A DNA stretch of 32,000 bases from an uncultured Clostridium sp. Its GTDB lineage: Bacteria > Bacillota > Clostridia > TANB77 > CAG-508. Where the stretch lies: NCBI GenBank assembly GCA_948473335.1, contig CAOKXF010000003.1:46631-78630 (forward strand), written 5' to 3'. Position numbers and translations under genes: made by a program. The notes under the pieces are model-generated. The model made no database searches. It had not been told where the DNA came from and worked only from the letters and a program-made list of their open reading frames with translations. This document shows positions 28,166-32,000 of this stretch, piece by piece. Every line of letters begins with the position of its first letter. Positions within the stretch are counted from its first letter, which is position 1.

Positions 28166-29392
28166 TTAATGTATTTCTTCACCTAAAATATTTTTTGTTA
28201 ATGTCAAAGCATTTTTTAAATTATTATAAGTTGTTTTATTTATAGATGTATTTTCTCCTGATTCATAATCAGCAATAGCTTTTTCAGTGAGAATTAATTT
28301 ATGACTTTGAGGTGTGCCAGAAGAAATATTATACATATATACAGGAATATATGAGGCATTATCTATAGACATCTTTCCTGTTTTACCATTTTTAGTAAAG
28401 GTTAAATTCAATATAGCAGATGTTTTGGTATTTTCTTTTTTCTGACCAGAGATAAAATTACCCAAAGAATATATAACAAATCCATCTACTATAGAACCAT
28501 CAGATAATGTAATAGATCTTTTTTCCATAGGTTGTAAAACATGAGGATGTCCACCTAAGATTACATCTACACCATTTTCAAATAAAAAATCTGCTAATTC
28601 TTCTTGAGAAGCATTTTGCTTTGTAACATATTCAACTCCCCAGTGCATAAATACACATATTAAATCAGGTTGTTTTGCCTGTGCTAATTCAAGTTGTTTT
28701 TTTATTAAATTTTTATCAATTAAATTTATACAATATTCTTTACCAGATGGAACTGGAATACCATTAGTTCCGTAAGTAAAACTTAAAAAAGCTATTTTAA
28801 TTCCTTTTACATTTTGTATTAATATTTCATTTTGAGCTTCTTCTGATGTGTAGGTTCCAGTATGAGAAATACCAGCATCATCTAGATAATGCAATGTACT
28901 TTCTAAACCTTTATATCTTTTATCAAGGCTATGATTATTAGCAGTTGATAATACGTCTATTCCTAATCTTTTTAAGTTGTATGCTAATGCTTCAGGTGTA
29001 TTAAATGTAGGATAATTGCTATAACCAACTTCTTTTCCTGCAAAAGTAGTTTCTAAATTTCCTACTGATATATCTGCTGTTTGCAAATAGTATTCTACAT
29101 CAGAAAAAACATATGAAAAGTCATATTCTTTGGTAGTAGAATTATATGCATCTTTATATTGTCTATCATGACACATAATGTCTCCAACTACACTCATTGT
29201 TATTGTTGTATCCTGTGGAATCTCTTCTTTTGGTTCTTGTGGATTATCAGCCGAAGTAGGTATTGTATTTTTTTCTGAATTATTATTTGATTTATTATTT
29301 ATTGAATAAATTAAAAATATTATTGAAATAAATAATAAAAAGGTTATAAATACTTTTTTCTTGTTTAATTTTCTTTTTTTACTTTTTTTCAT
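28166..29392 (-). CDS. CapA/PgsA-family metallophosphoesterase-like protein (poly-gamma-glutamate capsule synthesis family), membrane-anchored
   Basis: ATG 29392 follows GGAGG by 5 nt (MKKSKKRKLNKK + TM). GDIMCHD, GNLET, ANNHSLD, HWGVEY and GGHPHVLQP motifs. Confidence 0.85.
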   Translation of the reverse strand: MKKSKKRKLNKKKVFITFLLFISIIFLIYSINNKSNNNSEKNTIPTSADNPQEPKEEIPQDTTITMSVVGDIMCHDRQYKDAYNSTTKEYDFSYVFSDVEYYLQTADISVGNLETTFAGKEVGYSNYPTFNTPEALAYNLKRLGIDVLSTANNHSLDKRYKGLESTLHYLDDAGISHTGTYTSEEAQNEILIQNVKGIKIAFLSFTYGTNGIPVPSGKEYCINLIDKNLIKKQLELAQAKQPDLICVFMHWGVEYVTKQNASQEELADFLFENGVDVILGGHPHVLQPMEKRSITLSDGSIVDGFVIYSLGNFISGQKKENTKTSAILNLTFTKNGKTGKMSIDNASYIPVYMYNISSGTPQSHKLILTEKAIADYESGENTSINKTTYNNLKNALTLTKNILGEEIH

Positions 29393-29660
29393 TTTTACCT
29401 CCATTTGTAATATAGGGCACAAAAAATATTATTGAAATTATTACTATAAATAAAATATCACAATTATATAGTTTTTTCAATAAAATAATAAAGTTATTAA
29501 ATATAAAAATAATAAAATTACAAGAATAACTAAAAATTTTTAATATATATAATAAATATAAAGTATATATAAAATAAGAAAAGTTGCTTAGTAAATATAC
29601 ACAGACTGAGGAAACTTAACCATTTGGTATATATAAAAAACTTCGATTTTCCGATACAAT

Positions 29661-29687
29661 AAAAAGAAGGATTATTTACCTTCTTTT
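29661..29687 (-). terminator. terminator overlapping the stop codon of the 126-aa ORF
   Basis: The minus strand reads AAAAGAAGG-TAAATAAT-CCTTCTTTT followed by TATTG. Confidence 0.5.
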
Positions 29688-30052
29688 GAATCGTATACTA
29701 AATTTTCTAACTGATTTACTCTGTTATTTTGTTTGTTTTCTAAGTTTGAAAGCATTTCTTCTGGTAATTCATTGTAATTGTTGTCGATATAATCTTCTGT
29801 ATTTTTATAGTTACTTATTAAATTTTCTATTTGTTTATTTCTTGTATCTAAAGTAGTTTCTAAAATTTGATTTTTTAACACCTTAATTTCTTTTTCACGT
29901 GTATTTTGTTTTTCCCTAGCATTTTGCTTATTTTTTGGATTTCCTATTTCAGAATATTGTTCCAAATGTCTTTGTGTTCTAGTATGATTTTCAACAACAT
30001 TAATCAAATTATCTATTTGACGTTCCTTTTTTTCTGAATTATTATTTTCCAT
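29672..30052 (-). CDS. hypothetical N/Q/E/K-rich coiled-coil protein (weak resemblance to Tlp-type small spore proteins)
   Basis: 126-aa ORF with GGAGG upstream. IDNLINVVENHTRTQRHLEQ...REKQNTREKEI. The family assignment is tentative. Confidence 0.45.
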   Translation of the reverse strand: MENNNSEKKERQIDNLINVVENHTRTQRHLEQYSEIGNPKNKQNAREKQNTREKEIKVLKNQILETTLDTRNKQIENLISNYKNTEDYIDNNYNELPEEMLSNLENKQNNRVNQLENLVYDSKEGK

Positions 30053-30114
30053 ATAAACACCTCCATAGAGGTAGTATTTGAAAAAATTAAGAAAAATATA
30101 AGTAAAATTTTAAA

Positions 30115-30531
30115 TTATTTCATACTCATTTCACAATATTTACATCTATATACACTATTTTCTTTATCTGTAAGATAAAAAACTTGGTCAAGATTTTTTT
30201 CAATAGATGTTATACATCTTGGATTTTGACATTTTACTAGATTTACTATTTTCTCAGGAAGTTCTACGTGAAACTTTTCTGTAAGGTTATCTTCTTTTAC
30301 TATATTTATTGTAATATTTGAATCAATAAATCCTAAAATATCTAAATTTACATCTATAGCTTTATCTATTTTTATTATGTCTTTTCTACCCATTTTTTTA
30401 CTTTTTGCATTTGTAATTAGCGCAACTGAACAATCTAATTCATCTAATTTTAAAGCTCTATATATTTCCATTCCTTTTTTTGCTTTAATATGGTCTATTA
30501 CGATTCCATTTTTAATACTATCTATATTCAT
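30115..30531 (-). CDS. pyrI: aspartate carbamoyltransferase regulatory subunit
   Basis: 138 aa; GIVIDHI N-terminus and a C-terminal zinc domain CQNPRCIT...YRCKYCE. Confidence 0.92.
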   Translation of the reverse strand: MNIDSIKNGIVIDHIKAKKGMEIYRALKLDELDCSVALITNAKSKKMGRKDIIKIDKAIDVNLDILGFIDSNITINIVKEDNLTEKFHVELPEKIVNLVKCQNPRCITSIEKNLDQVFYLTDKENSVYRCKYCEMSMK

Positions 30532-30619
30532 TTTATTATTCCTTATATAATATATTTAGGTTTTGGCGAGCGATACCTATAAACTCATGAATTTTATAAA
30601 AATTAAATTTTGATAAAAG

Positions 30620-30651
30620 TTATACACATATAAATAATAAAATGTGGACAA
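30620..30651. promoter_or_regulatory. inverted DnaA-box-like pair in the pyrB-pyrI spacer
   Basis: TTATACACA (30620-30628), N14, TGTGGACAA (30643-30651). It has the same half-sites and the same 14-bp spacing as 6950-6981. Confidence 0.45.
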
Positions 30652-30660
30652 CTACAACAA

Positions 30661-30705
30661 ATTAATTAAAATTAATTATTAAAATAATAATTAATTTTAA
30701 TTAAT
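30661..30705. repeat. perfect 20-bp A/T-only palindrome with a 5-nt centre
   Basis: ATTAATTAAAATTAATTATT-AAAAT-AATAATTAATTTTAATTAAT; overlaps the pyrB stop codon (30697-30699). Confidence 0.8.
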
Positions 30706-31611
30706 ATCTAACAATTTTAAAATTAATGCCATTCTAATATATTTTCCATAATTAGCTTGTCTAAAATAACAAGCTCTTTCATCATCATCAACATCTGTAG
30801 AAATTTCATTTACTCTAGGTAAAGGATGCATAATACACAAGTCATTTTTAGCATTTACTAATTTTTCTTTATTTAATATATAATAATCTTTTAATCTTAC
30901 ATAATCATCTTCATTAAAAAATCTTTCTTTTTGAACTCTAGTCATATAAAGGATATCTAATTCACTCATATATTCTTCAATATTATGTGTTTCAACATAT
31001 TCAATATTATTTTTGTCTAAAACTTCCTTTTTGATATATTCTGGGATATTTAGCTCTTTTGGTGAGATTAAAACAAATTTTATATTTTTGTATCTTGACA
31101 TAGCTGTAATTAGGGAATGAACAGTTCTACCAAATTTTAAATCGCCACAAAGACCAATTGTTAAATTATCTAATCTATTTTTTTCACATTGAATAGTTAA
31201 TAAGTCTGTTAATGTTTGTGTTGGATGATTATGACCACCATCTCCAGCATTAATTATTGGTACATCTGATTTTAATGAAGCAACTAATGGCGCACCCTCT
31301 TTTGGATGTCGCATTGCAATTATATCTGCATAATATCCTACGACTTTTATTGTGTCCGAAATACTTTCTCCCTTTGATGTAGAACTTGAATCTGCTGATG
31401 AAAATCCTAAAACATTTCCACCTAATTCCATCATTGCTGCTTCAAAACTGAGTCTGGTTCTTGTACTTGGTTCAAAAAATAGTGTTGCTAACTTTTTTCC
31501 TTTACATTTTTCAGAATATTTTTCTTTGTTTTTTATTATATCTCTTGCAGTTAGTATTAATTCGTCAATTTCTTCAACTGATAAATCTTTAATATCAATT
31601 AGATTTTTCAT
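30697..31611 (-). CDS. pyrB: aspartate carbamoyltransferase catalytic subunit
   Basis: 304 aa; STRTR, HPTQ and HPLPR signatures. Confidence 0.95.
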   Translation of the reverse strand: MKNLIDIKDLSVEEIDELILTARDIIKNKEKYSEKCKGKKLATLFFEPSTRTRLSFEAAMMELGGNVLGFSSADSSSTSKGESISDTIKVVGYYADIIAMRHPKEGAPLVASLKSDVPIINAGDGGHNHPTQTLTDLLTIQCEKNRLDNLTIGLCGDLKFGRTVHSLITAMSRYKNIKFVLISPKELNIPEYIKKEVLDKNNIEYVETHNIEEYMSELDILYMTRVQKERFFNEDDYVRLKDYYILNKEKLVNAKNDLCIMHPLPRVNEISTDVDDDERACYFRQANYGKYIRMALILKLLDIN

Positions 31612-31834
31612 TTTTTTTTATCCTCCCATATGATTTTTTTTATTATACTACAAATTTTTATTAATTCAAATATAAAAACAAAAAATATTGGGGAAATACA
31701 GTTTTAGATACCAAATATTACAAAAAATGAGAAAATGTAACAAAATTATAATAAAAATATAATAAAAGAAAACAATCTACACAAACTAGAAAAATCCGTA
31801 AGAAAAAGTTGAAACTTATTTAAAATAGAGGGAA

Positions 31835-31862
31835 TTGACAGTTTTCTTTTTTTATTTATAAT
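31835..31862 (+). promoter_or_regulatory. near-consensus promoter, divergent from pyrB
   Basis: TTGACA (31835-31840), 16 bp, TATAAT (31857-31862). Confidence 0.6.
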
Positions 31863-31921
31863 GTGGTAAAGCAAGCAAGAGGTTGACAAAAGATGAACTA
31901 AAAAAAAAGAGGTGCAAAAGA

Positions 31922-32000
31922 TTGAGTAAGAAAACTAACAGTTCTTTGAAAAATTTGATAATTGTAGTTCTAATTATTTTATTTGCACTTAATACTTACT
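31922..32000 (+). CDS. 5' end of a membrane or secreted protein gene (runs off the window)
   Basis: AGAGGTG SD, then TTG 31922. LSKKTNSSLKNLIIVVLIILFALNTY has a basic N-terminus plus a hydrophobic helix. Only 26 codons are visible. Confidence 0.35.
   Translation, partial: MSKKTNSSLKNLIIVVLIILFALNTY

Noticed and set aside
31612-31800. A PyrR-type attenuator or binding loop in the pyrB leader, and an M-box riboswitch in the corA leader (27027-27104).
   Set aside because: I found no ARUCCAGAGAGGYU-like PyrR box or alternative terminator/antiterminator pair upstream of pyrB. The corA leader is only about 75 nt, too short for an M-box.

Overview
This window is the chromosomal replication-origin region of a very AT-rich, low-GC Firmicute, probably Clostridia-like; the species cannot be named from sequence alone. 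The backbone is conserved: mnmE-jag-yidC-yidD-rnpA-rpmH on the minus strand and dnaA-oriC-dnaN-recF-gyrB...gyrA on the plus strand. It continues with a DnaD/DnaB-like plus DnaC/DnaI-like helicase-loader pair, a tRNA Lys-Glu-Thr cluster, an SDR reductase, two small XRE regulators, a lone tRNA-Lys(CUU), a TfoX-N protein, corA, a CapA-family gene and pyrI-pyrB. The unusual content is a stripped-down Gram-positive-type (MPF-FA-like) type IV secretion gene set split into two blocks. Block 1 (10.6-15.3 kb, plus strand) is wedged between gyrB and gyrA. It holds a VirB4 ATPase split into two cistrons, a ParA/TadZ-like ATPase and two orphan proteins. Block 2 (20.1-23.3 kb, minus strand) encodes a coupling-protein-like ATPase and VirB2/Maff2-like, VirB6-like and PrgI/TcpE(VirB3)-like proteins. 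No relaxase, integrase, cell-wall hydrolase or VirB8/TcpC-like gene is visible. Three features tie the blocks together. All three ATPase cistrons appear to start at ATA behind strong Shine-Dalgarno sites. Both blocks carry the same TGTCGA-N4-TGTCG direct repeat upstream. The gene order implies a rearrangement that moved virB4 away from virB3. Other notable points are a textbook oriC between dnaA and dnaN (tandem DnaA boxes, then a (CTA)6 DnaA-trio) and no DnaA boxes upstream of dnaA. A repeated TTATACACA-N14-TGTGGAYAA inverted box pair sits at the recF start and in an oversized pyrB-pyrI spacer. mnmE has a broken reading frame near codon 12. All family assignments come from motif recognition by eye, with no database searches.
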